From: Paramoeba atlantica
Taxonomy: Eukaryota > Protista > Discosea
Direction of reading: 5' to 3'
Assembly (NCBI GenBank): GCA_977017575.1
Contig: CDRNVI010000078.1
Coordinates: 38,586-102,585 of the forward strand
Length of the DNA stretch: 64,000 nt
A program made the position numbers and the translations under genes. Within the stretch, counting starts at the first letter, position 1; the number at the start of each line of letters is the position of its first letter. Shown here in pieces: positions 1-10,744 of the stretch. The notes below the pieces were generated by a model. The model did not search any database. It was not told the origin of the DNA and saw nothing but the letters and a program-made list of their open reading frames with translations.

Positions 1-1275
1 AACTTCTTCTAATTTCTCAGCCTGATTCCGGATAAAGAAGTCTTCGCTATACGTCTTTGGCACCGCTGGTGGCAAGAAACCGTTGTCTTCGATGGGAGCT
101 TCAAGAAGGTCTACACCATGGAAGACAACTCGGTACCACCCTGATCGAAGCTCTTTGGAGGGAAGTAAAAGCTCCCATTGATGTTCAGGAAAATCTTCAT
201 ATTGTGTTGATTTCGCGAGACCTTTTTCGGCATACGTTGAAAATCGGGACATAATCTGTTTGAGTGGAATTTTATGGTTCGAAGGAAAGGAACGAATTAC
301 TCTATGTCTTCGCGAAAGTGAGGCGTGCGAGAATCTAAGAGCAATGTTCGGAATAGGAGAATATGTTGTGGAAGCAGAGCGGTACTCTACGCTTATCATT
401 GCTCGGCTTCCTACCCAATTGCGATACGCTCTGTACAGAAAATTTAGTTGAACCGATAAAGTAAGCTCAGCTTCGGACACTACGATGGTATTATAAAGAG
501 GCTCCTTCTTGGGATACTGTATCAGCAGTTTCCCTCGTGGCAATAAATGAAAAGGTTCAGTGTAGCGCAAGCCCACACGGAACACGTAGCACGCTTTTAA
601 CGGTTGGGATGAAGTGTGTAATGTTCCTCCTTCTCTTTCCGGTACGCGTAAGAGAATTCTTTTTCGTGTGTCACTCCACACGACTTTTTCGCACGGAATA
701 CACCCCCCTTCCTTTGGATTTTGCAGAATCGGATGAAACTCTAACAGATCGATTTCACAGAGATCTACAGTATCGGCACTTGAGCGCAAGACCTGAGAAG
801 CAAAGACGTCATACCAAGAATGATCTTCCGTATCTGTGCGACGTAGACAAATTCTGTCCCCGGCAAATAAAACAGGACCAAGGTGCTTGTCACGGCACAC
901 TGGTGTTCTGTCCTCCACAAGAGAAGTCTGAGACGTGTCCGAACGTGACTTAGGGAATGGATAAAATTCCCAGCCTGCATACCTGGCCCATTCGGGTGTC
1001 GCATATGCAGGAGGTCCCAAAACATTTGATAGCTGAATCGCCGGATCGGCAATAATCGCCGCTCGAAGGCTTTTCCTCTCCTTTTCAAGTTCGGGGTCGC
1101 CATCTACACAAGAAGTTGTGATAAATGCTCTTACGCATCGAATCCACGGAAGCGTGGCAGATGACGATTTTTCTTTTTGTGACACACATACGTCCGTACT
1201 GCACAATCGATTTGAGGTCTTGTCAATCCCGTTAAAAAGAGATAAAAACAAGAAGCAGAAGAATAGAAGTTTCAT
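1..1275 (-). CDS. Partial gene running off the left edge; signal-peptide protein paralogous to the N-terminal ~440 aa of the 10745..15919 protein (absent from the ORF track)
   Basis: Manual translation is open from ATG 1275 to base 1 (MKLLFFCFLFLSLFNG...). Collinear matches to the TBC protein: CYVFRVGLRYTEPF/CYVFSVGLRYSTPF, NFLYRAY/RFLYRAW, IPLKQI/IPLKEI, RSGWYRVVFHGVD/RTGWYRVAFHHVD. Confidence 0.9.
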   Translation of the reverse strand, partial: MKLLFFCFLFLSLFNGIDKTSNRLCSTDVCVSQKEKSSSATLPWIRCVRAFITTSCVDGDPELEKERKSLRAAIIADPAIQLSNVLGPPAYATPEWARYAGWEFYPFPKSRSDTSQTSLVEDRTPVCRDKHLGPVLFAGDRICLRRTDTEDHSWYDVFASQVLRSSADTVDLCEIDLLEFHPILQNPKEGGCIPCEKVVWSDTRKRILLRVPEREGGTLHTSSQPLKACYVFRVGLRYTEPFHLLPRGKLLIQYPKKEPLYNTIVVSEAELTLSVQLNFLYRAYRNWVGSRAMISVEYRSASTTYSPIPNIALRFSHASLSRRHRVIRSFPSNHKIPLKQIMSRFSTYAEKGLAKSTQYEDFPEHQWELLLPSKELRSGWYRVVFHGVDLLEAPIEDNGFLPPAVPKTYSEDFFIRNQAEKLEEV

Positions 1276-1599
1276 CTCATGTTGGTATGACAAGGTTCTC
1301 GCATTAGATTGCTGCGCATTGCTGTTCCATTATTATAAAAATAAATTGTTCGCTTTAAGAAACATTTGCACTTCTAGTTTGTATTTCTATTCTGAACTCA
1401 AAGCTATGGTTCTCCTGACTCAACACGCGAATCATACCATATTCGACATGCTGTGAATGACACATGCGGATCTTGAATTGAACTGCGAATCAACTGTGAA
1501 ATTTCTCTTGCTCTTGTATATAGAAGTATAAAAAGTAAAATACGTTTAAAAAGCCCCAAAAAACAAGCTAGCGAAATATTTTTGAACGGTGTAACTATG

Positions 1600-2220
1600 T
1601 TAATTTGGCGCCCCAAAAGCTTCGGGAAGTCTTTCAATTGTATATCGATGACGACTAATGTACATGATGGGAACACCCGGGATCTTTCTAATTCTTCTTT
1701 TCAGATCTTTATCACAGGTTGCTACAATATAAATTCGATGTTGCGTGATGCGGTCAACAATGCAATCATCCGCGTAAGTGCTACCGCAGTGCAAACGCTG
1801 AAAACGAGGATCTCGTGCTAATCGAAGTGCGATACGAAATTTTTTCCCCAGTTTTTCCATTTCAGCCAGCACGCAATCACAAACACATGGTACACATTTC
1901 GCCATCAGGCAGTCCATCATTGAAGGAATGATTTCCAACTTATTTTGCATGGAAAAATTTATAAAATTTGTGTCTAGAAGAATATGAAAGGGAGGCCCAA
2001 GGGCATGATTATACGTGAGAAACATTGAGCTTGGCATTTGTTCGGTGCGACGAACTTCTTTAGCGTCAAAATGTTGAGCATCTGCGTCGGTAAGACCTTT
2101 CCTGTTGTATGTAACTTGATACTGGTGATGCTCTTCTTCCTTTTCTCGTTCTCTTTGTAGTCGGTCTTTATGGAGAATGCGCTTTATAGCTACCCTGCGT
2201 GTTTGTCGTGATTTCGTCAT
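1600..2220 (-). CDS. FCF1: rRNA-processing PIN nuclease Fcf1/Utp24
   Basis: [57 protein letters not shown]. Confidence 0.95.
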   Translation of the reverse strand: MTKSRQTRRVAIKRILHKDRLQREREKEEEHHQYQVTYNRKGLTDADAQHFDAKEVRRTEQMPSSMFLTYNHALGPPFHILLDTNFINFSMQNKLEIIPSMMDCLMAKCVPCVCDCVLAEMEKLGKKFRIALRLARDPRFQRLHCGSTYADDCIVDRITQHRIYIVATCDKDLKRRIRKIPGVPIMYISRHRYTIERLPEAFGAPN

Positions 2221-2483
2221 GTTAGAATATTTTTTATCGGAAAGTAAACTTGTACGATGTCAAAAGAGACAAACGAACCACAGACGTAGAAAAAATAGGA
2301 AAACTGTAGAGTTGAGAAAAGCAGAACGCCAAAAGTCTAACTTACAACGGTGCGCTAAACGTAGCGCATCTTTTCATAATAGAATTTTGAAGGTGCGTGA
2401 GACGTACACTTAAAAGTAGAACGGTGTGACAAAATTTTTACAAAACATACCCTGGATGGGGTAATGAGGTAATTCCCTCCCAT

Positions 2484-2582
2484 CAGTGACTTCGTTAAAC
2501 GCGGTGGTTGTTTTCAACTTAGAAGTCACTCATGCTGCGCGCTTCGCGTTGAAAACTAGCTCCGCGTTTAACGAAGCCACTG
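2484..2582. repeat. Imperfect inverted repeat with 35-bp arms and a ~29-bp spacer
   Basis: CAGTGACTTCGTTAAACGCGGTGGTTGTTTTCAAC versus the reverse complement of 2548-2582, about 5 mismatches. Confidence 0.85.
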
Positions 2583-3397
2583 AAAAAGAAAAATTGCCAA
2601 AACAGCATGAAAGAACAATTTTTTGGGGGGTGAAAAAGCCCGATTTTTAGGCGAAAATTGCGAAATTTTACCCCAAATTTGGGCCGTTTTTGATGCCTTA
2701 CCAATAGGGGTAAGGAGGCGAATCTAACGAAAAAAACGTCGTAGAATGGTAGCTGAGGTCCCAAAATCTTAAAATACGTTTTAGGAGCCGATTTTGGATA
2801 AATAAGATTTTTACTTTTTTTTTGGTCAATTTTTTTTGGTCAATTTTTTTTCGGCATTACCAAAAATTTCGGAAATTTTGACCTTGTCGGACCCCTCCCG
2901 CGCGTACCAGGGGGGGTTACCCCCATGTGGGAGGGGGTGGAAAATCATCGCCGCGGCCTACTCTACCACTTCCCTGCGTTCGATTTCGAAAATCATGATT
3001 TTGAAAGTTTCAAAAAAAGACGTATCCCCCCCCCTGGACCCCCCATTTTTCAAATTTTCAATTTTGGACCACCGGAGCCCCCTTTAATATTTTTGTCTTC
3101 TATTATAAACCCCTCCGCACCAATAAGGCACTCACCCTTAACTTTTCAGCCAAATGTCCGTTTGGGCTGATTTTTGTTGCATTTTGCAGATCTCAACATA
3201 TAGACTGCGCGTGAAGAAATGAGATAAAAAGAAGCGAATACGTGTACTTTAGAGAGAGATTACCGTTTTGTCACCTTTCCTCCGTTACTCGCCACACAAG
3301 CTTTGAGAGGAGCATCGAAGCTCAAAACCGAATCATAAATATAATCTTGAGTTTTTTTTGTCATCCCCCGAGCCCATTAGCGCACGCCCCTGCGGTA

Positions 3398-3766
3398 TCA
3401 GTTTTGTACCGCGGCATGCGCTATCTGGGCGTTCCCCTTTTGGATGGCTACCCCGATTGCCATGATAAAATGGCTGAGGCAATCTTGAGACAATTTACGC
3501 CAAGCTTTACGTACGCTTTTTATGAGATCTTCTTTATTTGCAGGATTGCATTCATCTACAAGATTTTGTACCATGCTCCACACGTTTTCTATTGTTGAGA
3601 GATCGGGGGAGTTGGGCGGCCACTTTTTCAATAATTTCATTTTGCTGCCCTCAGGGTACGCTTTTATTTCCTTCGCAGTGTGAGGTGTTACCCCATCTTG
3701 CTGAAAAATACAGTTTGGGGTGAATGGTACTTTTTTTAATGTTTTAATGTACGAAACACATCTCAT
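3398..3766 (-). mobile_element. IS630/Tc1/mariner DDE transposase relic (C-terminal catalytic part)
   Basis: FQQDGVTPH ... WPPNSPDLSTIENVW, with 35 residues between the second D and the E. No N-terminal domain or TIRs identified. Confidence 0.85.
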
Positions 3767-4184
3767 TGAGTTGGATGGGCGAATAACAAGGTGTCTTTGG
3801 ATTCTTTTTTTACTTCAGGCCTCAGAGTATAAATATTTTCAGGCGAATTGGTTTTCAAATATTTTCAAATATGTTTCATATTGACATTAAACTCGCGGGC
3901 TAGTTGCCTTATCGCAACCCCTTGGCCAAGCCTCATGAGCAATAACACTTTTCCACTTTCTGTAAGACCACCCCTGGGGAATCGATACGTATTTCTTGGC
4001 ATGAAAAATGATTTTTTTTAAAAATACATTCAATTTTTATTTATTTTTCGAAATGACCTAAAGACAACGGGAACGTACAGATCTCAAAATTTTGCACGAT
4101 AAAGTGGTGCGATAACCCCCCTAGCCCCCCTCGTGCGAAAAATAAGGGTGGGTGCCTTTTTGAAGCGGAGGGGTTTATAACCTC

Positions 4185-4988
4185 GTGTGCCCAATGTACG
4201 CTCGCCTTCGGAAATGGATTGTGCACTCTAATAAACGGGCACTAAAACGTCCAGTGACGCTAAGTTTTCCATGCTTAGCCACAGACCCAACTTTTTCATC
4301 CTTTTCCCCACACGATGTACTAGAAAAGTTGGAGTTGGCTACCATGTCCCTCTGCGTAAATTGGTTAAATAGACGATTCTCCCAGTTAACTAGTTCCACG
4401 GTGACAGGTGTATGCCGATCGCTATGCGAGGTCACTATCGATCTCAACATCCTCATTGAGGCTCTCGTTCTGATCTCAAAGCACCGAGAAAATGGTCTGC
4501 TGTTCTTTGCGGACGCCGAGCGGACAAACATTCATGGTGTTTCGGAAGAAGAAGTGCCGGAATACTGGAAATGGAAAAAGCCTAACGCCCGATGGACCCT
4601 GAAACCAAGTGAACTTCCCGCCGAGCTCCTTTCGTCCGAATTATGCCAGTATCTTGAGAAAGAGCACATCAATCACTATGAGCCTTCTCTTAAAGGTCGC
4701 GAGATCGTTGCCGAGTGGTTTCGGTCTCTGTGGAAAAGCATCAGTGGAGCCACTGTTGAAGTGGCCGAAAGGACTTGTGACCGCCACAAGGCATTGCGCC
4801 AAACCATAGAGAGTAGCCGCTCTGAAACGGAACTGCTTTCAAATAAAGTTTCAAAGCAGGAAGCGGAAATTTGCATCCTTCGCCAGGAGTTGAGTACCTT
4901 GAAAAATGCAGTTGAAGATCTTTGCGAACGTTTCGCGAAAAGTAAGCCGACTCACGACGAACCTGTGCGATCTCCCGCCTTTTTCTGA
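4185..4988 (+). CDS. Orphan ORF, 267 aa, with C-terminal coiled coil
   Basis: Long open frame on the strand opposite all host genes; heptad-like C-terminus; weak resemblance to the disrupted ORF at 8735-9318. Confidence 0.5.
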   Translation: MCPMYARLRKWIVHSNKRALKRPVTLSFPCLATDPTFSSFSPHDVLEKLELATMSLCVNWLNRRFSQLTSSTVTGVCRSLCEVTIDLNILIEALVLISKHRENGLLFFADAERTNIHGVSEEEVPEYWKWKKPNARWTLKPSELPAELLSSELCQYLEKEHINHYEPSLKGREIVAEWFRSLWKSISGATVEVAERTCDRHKALRQTIESSRSETELLSNKVSKQEAEICILRQELSTLKNAVEDLCERFAKSKPTHDEPVRSPAFF

Positions 4989-5358
4989 GCCCGGTCCATT
5001 TCTGAGCCGCATTCCGAGTCGCATTTTTGGTAAAAGGGTTCTAAAAACTGCTAACCATACTCGATGTTTTTTTCATTTTTGGAGCATTACAGAGATTGAT
5101 TGATGAATAATAGCTCTTCTTTTAAAATTTTGAAAAACCCGTTTTAATGCTCGTTTTATGCCCATTTTGGGCTTGCGGAATTAACCTTAGTAAGCGAGTT
5201 AGACACTCACCGTATCTCCCTCAATAAGTTATTTTAAGTAATGGGATCCCAACTTTGTTTCCCAAGAAAAAAGACGAGCTTTCTTTGATTGAAATTCATA
5301 GTCAAGGTCCCACTTTGTCACAAAACATTTTTCAAAATGTATGAAGTACGGACTTTCG

Positions 5359-5408
5359 TACTTAGTACGGATAGTACGGTACTTAGTACGTACTATCCGT
5401 ACTAAGTA
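5359..5408. repeat. Perfect 20-bp inverted repeat with 10-bp spacer
   Basis: TACTTAGTACGGATAGTACG / CGTACTATCCGTACTAAGTA. Confidence 0.9.
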
Positions 5409-5552
5409 GATGTATGATAAGTAGTCTGTAGCCAAAAATTGTCCAATTTGCTGAGCTCCCGCTATTCGGGGCGAAGTGGGTGTTACACCAGTTCATCCCG
5501 AACGCCCCACGTCTCCAATAGGAGATGCCAAAGACCTAGGTATTGCATTATC

Positions 5553-5625
5553 GCGGTGCGAGCGTAGTTGGCAGACGGTGGGCCTTCCAACCTGCAGGTT
5601 GGGGGTTGGATTCCCGCTATCGACA
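5553..5625 (+). pseudogene. Degenerate tRNA-Gly(TCC)-like sequence (pseudo-tRNA or SINE head)
   Basis: A-box-like TAGTTGG, anticodon loop CTTCCAA, T-arm-like GGGGG-TTGGATT-CCCGC; the stems contain mismatches. Confidence 0.4.
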
Positions 5626-7549
5626 AAACTCGCAACCTGGCGGCCTCACTACAAAGGGAAAGCGATCAGGAGTGCCTTCAAGTCCCACACCCAACCCCGC
5701 TCCCCTGGAGGACCGACCCGGAACCGCCGAGCTGAACCAGGCTCCAGCGCAGCCGCTAAATTGCAAGCTGCTTACGCAAAGGAGGCTTGAGACACAGCCT
5801 ACACGATGCAACGGGGTGGACGCCCGTCCTGGTAGCTACGGTTGGGTAGCCATTCTCGGGCCGCAAGGCGTCGAGTGCCGTCTGGGAAGGGGGTAGCAAG
5901 ACGATGAAGGTCGGTGACCTGAGACTCTACCTTAACGGTTGGCGCTGCAGAGCCCTCCGTGTCTTCTTCTTCTTCTTCTATTGCATTATCGCCTGCTTGC
6001 TGGCATAGTTCGGAAATGTCGAGTCTCAGCTTCAATGGTTTGGACTCCTCAGCTTCGACGGACCAACTCTTCTAGGGTGTTATACACCCTAGTGTTGTAC
6101 CCTCGAGCGGACTTGGTTCCTCAGCTTCAAAGGACCAAATCTCAGCTTCAACTAGCTCTGAAGCTCCGAATTATGACCCTAGTCCGGTTATCATGGGCTA
6201 GCTGCAAGCCGCAGATGAGCGGTACCCGAAGGGGGCGGCGAAGGGGGCGGCGAGGAGGGGAGGGTGAAGAGGGGTGGGGACGGTGGAGATCTCACATGAT
6301 CTCGTCTTGGGCCTCACCCGCAGCCCCTCACTTGTTGAAGGGAAATGGAGGTGCAGCAAGAAATGCAACGGAAGGTACGACGCATTAGGGCCCATGGTGC
6401 CCGGCCGGGCGTGTAGGAACGCGAAGCAAATAATTAAGTACCTACCGTATTAAGTACCTGCCCCCAGTAATAGAATGGATGGTGTAATGCACCTTAATCT
6501 GCGTCCCTGTAATACTGTAACTAAAAAAACCCTAACAAGGATATAAATGGATCAAAATGGCCGAATCTCTCTTTCAGGGGGATATGCTTTTTTGGCTAGT
6601 TTTCTCTTTTCTCCCATCCTTTTTGACAATTCTTTTATATTTTTGTTCTGAAAACGTGTTAAAACGCTAATTACCCCAGAGGCCCCCGACATGCGGTCAC
6701 TCACCTCCCACGCCCTATACGCCTCCTGTGGGGCACCCGAGCCAAACCTCTCTTACTGGGGGTCAGCCCAAAAAGGACCAAATCTTTCTTATTGGGGGGT
6801 ATACGGTAATTGCTTATATTCGAGGTGGGCGTCGTGAAGACTCGGCGGCAGAGGTGTAACTAAGTAAGCGAACGCTGATATCTCCACGCCAGTGGGTTGA
6901 TTCCATTATGGCAACAGCTCATGTACGTCGGCGTGTTTTGCACCATTCGTCTCTATTATTTTATGCAATGCGATGAAATCTTTTCGTTTCGGTTCGAAAG
7001 CGCCATCGTGGACAACATGGTGCGAGGCGTGTTCGGAGTGAAGGGACAGAAATCGCAGACAATTGCATCCACTACAAGAACTAACAAGCTCTACTAAGTT
7101 AATAGACATAAATTCTGCATATTGTATGTTTGCGCCATAAAAATAGAAAAAAAGTCAAAAGTATGAAAAAGACCAAATTTGCTTCACTTTAACCAATGAT
7201 CCGTAGGGTATTTCAAAGAGTGCTCATCGAAATTGCCCTCCAGCCGAGAGCTTCTTTTAGGAGAAATACTCTTAATTGTACTCTTAATTGGACTTTGTCG
7301 TTCAAAATGACAATGTTTGTGGCTTAACGTGTCTGAAATGCCATTAGAGTGGGTAAAATATGCTGTATAAGTTTATCTTGGCAAAGCCCTTGGCTTGACC
7401 CATTTCTTGAGAGCGAAAATTTCAGGGTATCTTCAACTTTTATGATAAGACACTAAAACCAAGGATGAAAATCATCGATGAATTGACGCATTGCTGGCTA
7501 CTCATACTGATTCTAGGAAGTTGAGCACTCATATCCTGAAGAATCTTCC

Positions 7550-8200
7550 CTAAGTATCTTCCTTAAAGTGTCTTAGTTCACAATTTGGTATTTCTTTGAG
7601 TGCTCCGGAGTACAAATTTAGCATTCGAATTCGATGCTCGAAGTAGTCTATGGCCTGTTTGCTGGGAAGAGTAAGAAAGGCGTGGGCAGATAAAATAATA
7701 AATAATATCCAGGAAAAAAGAATAATTTTTTTGAAACCACATAGCCACATGGCCCAAAGCGCAAGCAAAGTTTGTGATATGTATAATCCTACAGAAAGAA
7801 ATTCAGATTTTATCCGTAGATTTCCGTACATAATTCGCATGCGATGCCTCGCGAAAAGCACAAGGAGGGGGAAGAAAAAACGGGGATAAATGCAACTGTA
7901 CCCCAGCCACATCGCAAGTGCTATATTAAAGTAATTGCGCATAAAATGTCCCCAGTTGATAACATAATATGCAGCATGGCATCCCGATGGGGGGATGCAT
8001 GGAGGGTGCAGTAATGATTTCCACGATCTTATCTCGCTGCTTTTAAAGTGAAAAACAAAATTTATCGCAATAAAAACAAAATCAAGTGTCGACTGCCCCA
8101 GCATACATGAAACTAAATTAACTAAGTATTCTAATTTGTCTATCATTCTTATCACAATATTCCTTAAAGCAGTACTATATTTGCGGCTCGCGAGATGCAA
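7550..8200 (-). CDS. Multi-pass membrane protein, PRA1 (prenylated Rab acceptor)-like; true start may be downstream
   Basis: RSWKS..PP..N..HFMRNY followed by paired hydrophobic hairpins and LSAHAFL, resembling the PRA1 RPW..N..YF..NY / LLHA pattern. Confidence 0.55.
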   Translation of the reverse strand: MHLASRKYSTALRNIVIRMIDKLEYLVNLVSCMLGQSTLDFVFIAINFVFHFKSSEIRSWKSLLHPPCIPPSGCHAAYYVINWGHFMRNYFNIALAMWLGYSCIYPRFFFPLLVLFARHRMRIMYGNLRIKSEFLSVGLYISQTLLALWAMWLCGFKKIILFSWILFIILSAHAFLTLPSKQAIDYFEHRIRMLNLYSGALKEIPNCELRHFKEDT

Positions 8201-8584
8201 AGGAAGTTTGAAAAAGAACTTAAAAATCCTACTAAAAAGTCAAACTAAAGAGCATACGATCAGTTAATTTGACTCAAAACAGAAATCATTTTTTTAATCA
8301 TGCGAAAATTGAAAACATCATGTAAGAACAGAATGCCCATTCGAAGACGTTCGCACACGCGATGCTACATAGCATGCTAACCTGTTGTCTTGGCTAAGGA
8401 AGAATGAAAGTGAACTAAAGATTGAAAGTTAACAGACTTTTCTTAATACACGTTCTTAGTACACGTGAGGGGCTGCGTGTATCATCTCGCGTGATCTTGT
8501 TTTGCCATAGCAGTTTTGACACAGTAAGCGAAAAAAACAATAAAACATAGTGTCAGTTTTCTCTTTCACAACGTTTGTATAAAA

Positions 8585-8665
8585 GCATACACGTTTTATA
8601 TAAATTTTATATAATATTTTATAACGTGTGTATACACGTTATATAACGTGCATATACACGTTTTT
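8585..8665. repeat. AT-rich cluster of overlapping palindromes built from ACACGTT/AACGTG units
   Basis: ATAACGTGT-GTAT-ACACGTTAT and the perfect 16-mer CACGTTATATAACGTG. Confidence 0.7.
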
Positions 8666-8734
8666 TGATTATTATTATTATTGGTTTTCATTCGATTATC
8701 TATCTTTCATTCGATTATCTATTGCATTTCTTCA

Positions 8735-9318
8735 ATGGAGTCGAACGCTGAGGTGAAAGACCGAATCCAAAGTTCCATTGAGTCCTCTTTGTCCTCGGAT
8801 CATACTCTTCACGACCTCGTCGTTCTCACCACGAAGAAAAGCTTTACTACAAGTGTAGAAGGCCCAACGTGTTTACCAAACCACGTTTGGAAATCTTAAC
8901 TGAGGATCTGGAAGGAAAGGTTGTAGAGACAATGGAGTGAATTACCCGTACGATGGATACGTTTGTCCACTGCGGGCGTTCCATTTGCGGTGTGACGCTT
9001 TCGTGCTCGCTCATGGAACGAGTAATTTGTTTCCTAATTGAGCATCAAGAGCATCTGCTCTTAGACGTGGGGCCCCGTGGTGTTTACTTCTTGGAGCAAG
9101 CCACTCAAGACTTGGAATCCTTTCTTGAGAAGAACCCTCTGTATGCCCCGCAGCGAAAAGAAGTAAGTGACGTTTTGCTCCGAGTATGGAGATCACTTAC
9201 TGGAAGTCCCTCACGGGCCTGCCGTGCGTGGCGTAAACGTGCAAAAGTTACAGTAATCCTACTACAGAGACAGATGCTGATACTTCCCAGGATATCAGTG
9301 AAGCTAGTGTCCACCTAG
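8735..9318 (+). pseudogene. Disrupted plus-strand ORF (frameshift near 8890, in-frame TGA near 8938)
   Basis: Two adjacent ORFs read as one protein-like sequence across a shift and a stop; segment RSICGVT..HQE aligns without gaps to RSLCEVT..HRE of 4185..4988. Confidence 0.35.
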
Positions 9319-9592
9319 TGGAAGCCTAGTGAAAAAATAATCAGATTTCCTGATTTATGAAGTAGCAGAAGGATAGAAGTTGAAAATTAAGATAGAGTTG
9401 AAAATTATGAGTAAAAGTCATTGTGGAGTGTTATCTTTCGTTAATTCTTCCTTTTTATTTTTGTCATCTTCCGTCGTTAATTGACCACTATCATTGTTTG
9501 TAGCTCCTTCTTTTCTTGATCTTGTTTATTGCGCAATGTATGGTGTCACACACGACCAGGTGAATCAGTTTTTCAATGAGCTAAAAAGGGTA

Positions 9593-9888
9593 CACCCCCT
9601 CTAATTAATAATGATAATGATAATAAGAATATTTTTTCTGAGATTATCATTATCACTATCATTATTTATGAAAGCAATAAGGGGTGATCAGAAACAAACA
9701 TACATCTGTGTAGTATGATTCTTTGTCTACGAAGGGAAAAAACAAGACAAGATTAAAGAGATGACGGAAGAAACCTCGAGGTGACATGGAGTAACGATGG
9801 AATGAAATGTTTTTGATAATTTTTGAGTAATTTTCACAGTCCGAGGTGAAAATCTTTTTTCAATTATCATTATTAATGAAAGGGGGTG
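9593..9888. mobile_element. MITE, 296 bp, ~27-bp TIRs, TA target duplication
   Basis: TA|CACCCCCTCTAATTAATAATGATAAT ... ATTATCATTATTAATGAAAGGGGGTG|TA, 2 mismatches. Confidence 0.8.
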
Positions 9889-10744
9889 TACATGGGAATG
9901 AAGTTTCGGACACTGACCTCAGGAGGCTTGTAAGTCTTCTTTGTATTTGTGTTCTTTAAATTGTACTTGGGAGCAGTTGTTCGAACTACAAGGTCTGTGG
10001 ACCCTATCGGATACACGTGTTTCAATTCGCACTCTGCGAGAGGACTTCACCCGAGTGGCAATGAAGATGTGAAAGTCTGCTGAAACCTTGCAAAGCTCCG
10101 TTAAAACTCGCTGAACCACTGCATCAGTCTAACGTGACCGAAATCGGTTCTTCACGAAGTCAATATACAGTGTATTCGCGCGCGGTTAGCTCACGTACAG
10201 AAACGTGTCCAACAAAAACCATTTTCGAGATGAGCTCTGTGTGGGGCATGATCAACTAGAGGTACAACAGGGAAAGAATAGCACAGAAGGCGTTGAGATT
10301 GTAACACTTAATTTTGTCAATCTCAAAAGAATTAAACAGGAGATAGGTAATGAATAATGCTGATTTCGAAGCGGCCATTATTTTGTGCACATAAACGTCG
10401 GAAATAGGTCGTCGTTTCCGGGTAATGAGCAATAAATAAATATTAAAGAAATATTTCCTTTCAAGCAAATTACTTTTCTATAAGCAGAACGTACTCGAAA
10501 TAGTAATACTTATTGAATTCTAGAAAAACGGTTGTATTTCAAGATTCCAGCATAAACGTGTATACAATATACGTCATATTAACGATCCACATTTGCTTTA
10601 ATTGGACGCATAAAAACGCGCGCATCGCCAAAGAGTCCAAGAACACTTTGGCAAAAGAAGTGTCATAAGATTTACAGGATATATAGAAGTCTACTTCTTA
10701 TAGACATTGATTCGGAATTCGCACAAAAACTTCCTCATTATTAT

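Noticed and set aside
6365-6440. HDV-like ribozyme on the minus strand (P3/L3-like GCG-TTCCTACA-CGC, GG, CTAA)
   Set aside because: No upstream P1 strand and no convincing P2 pairing could be found.
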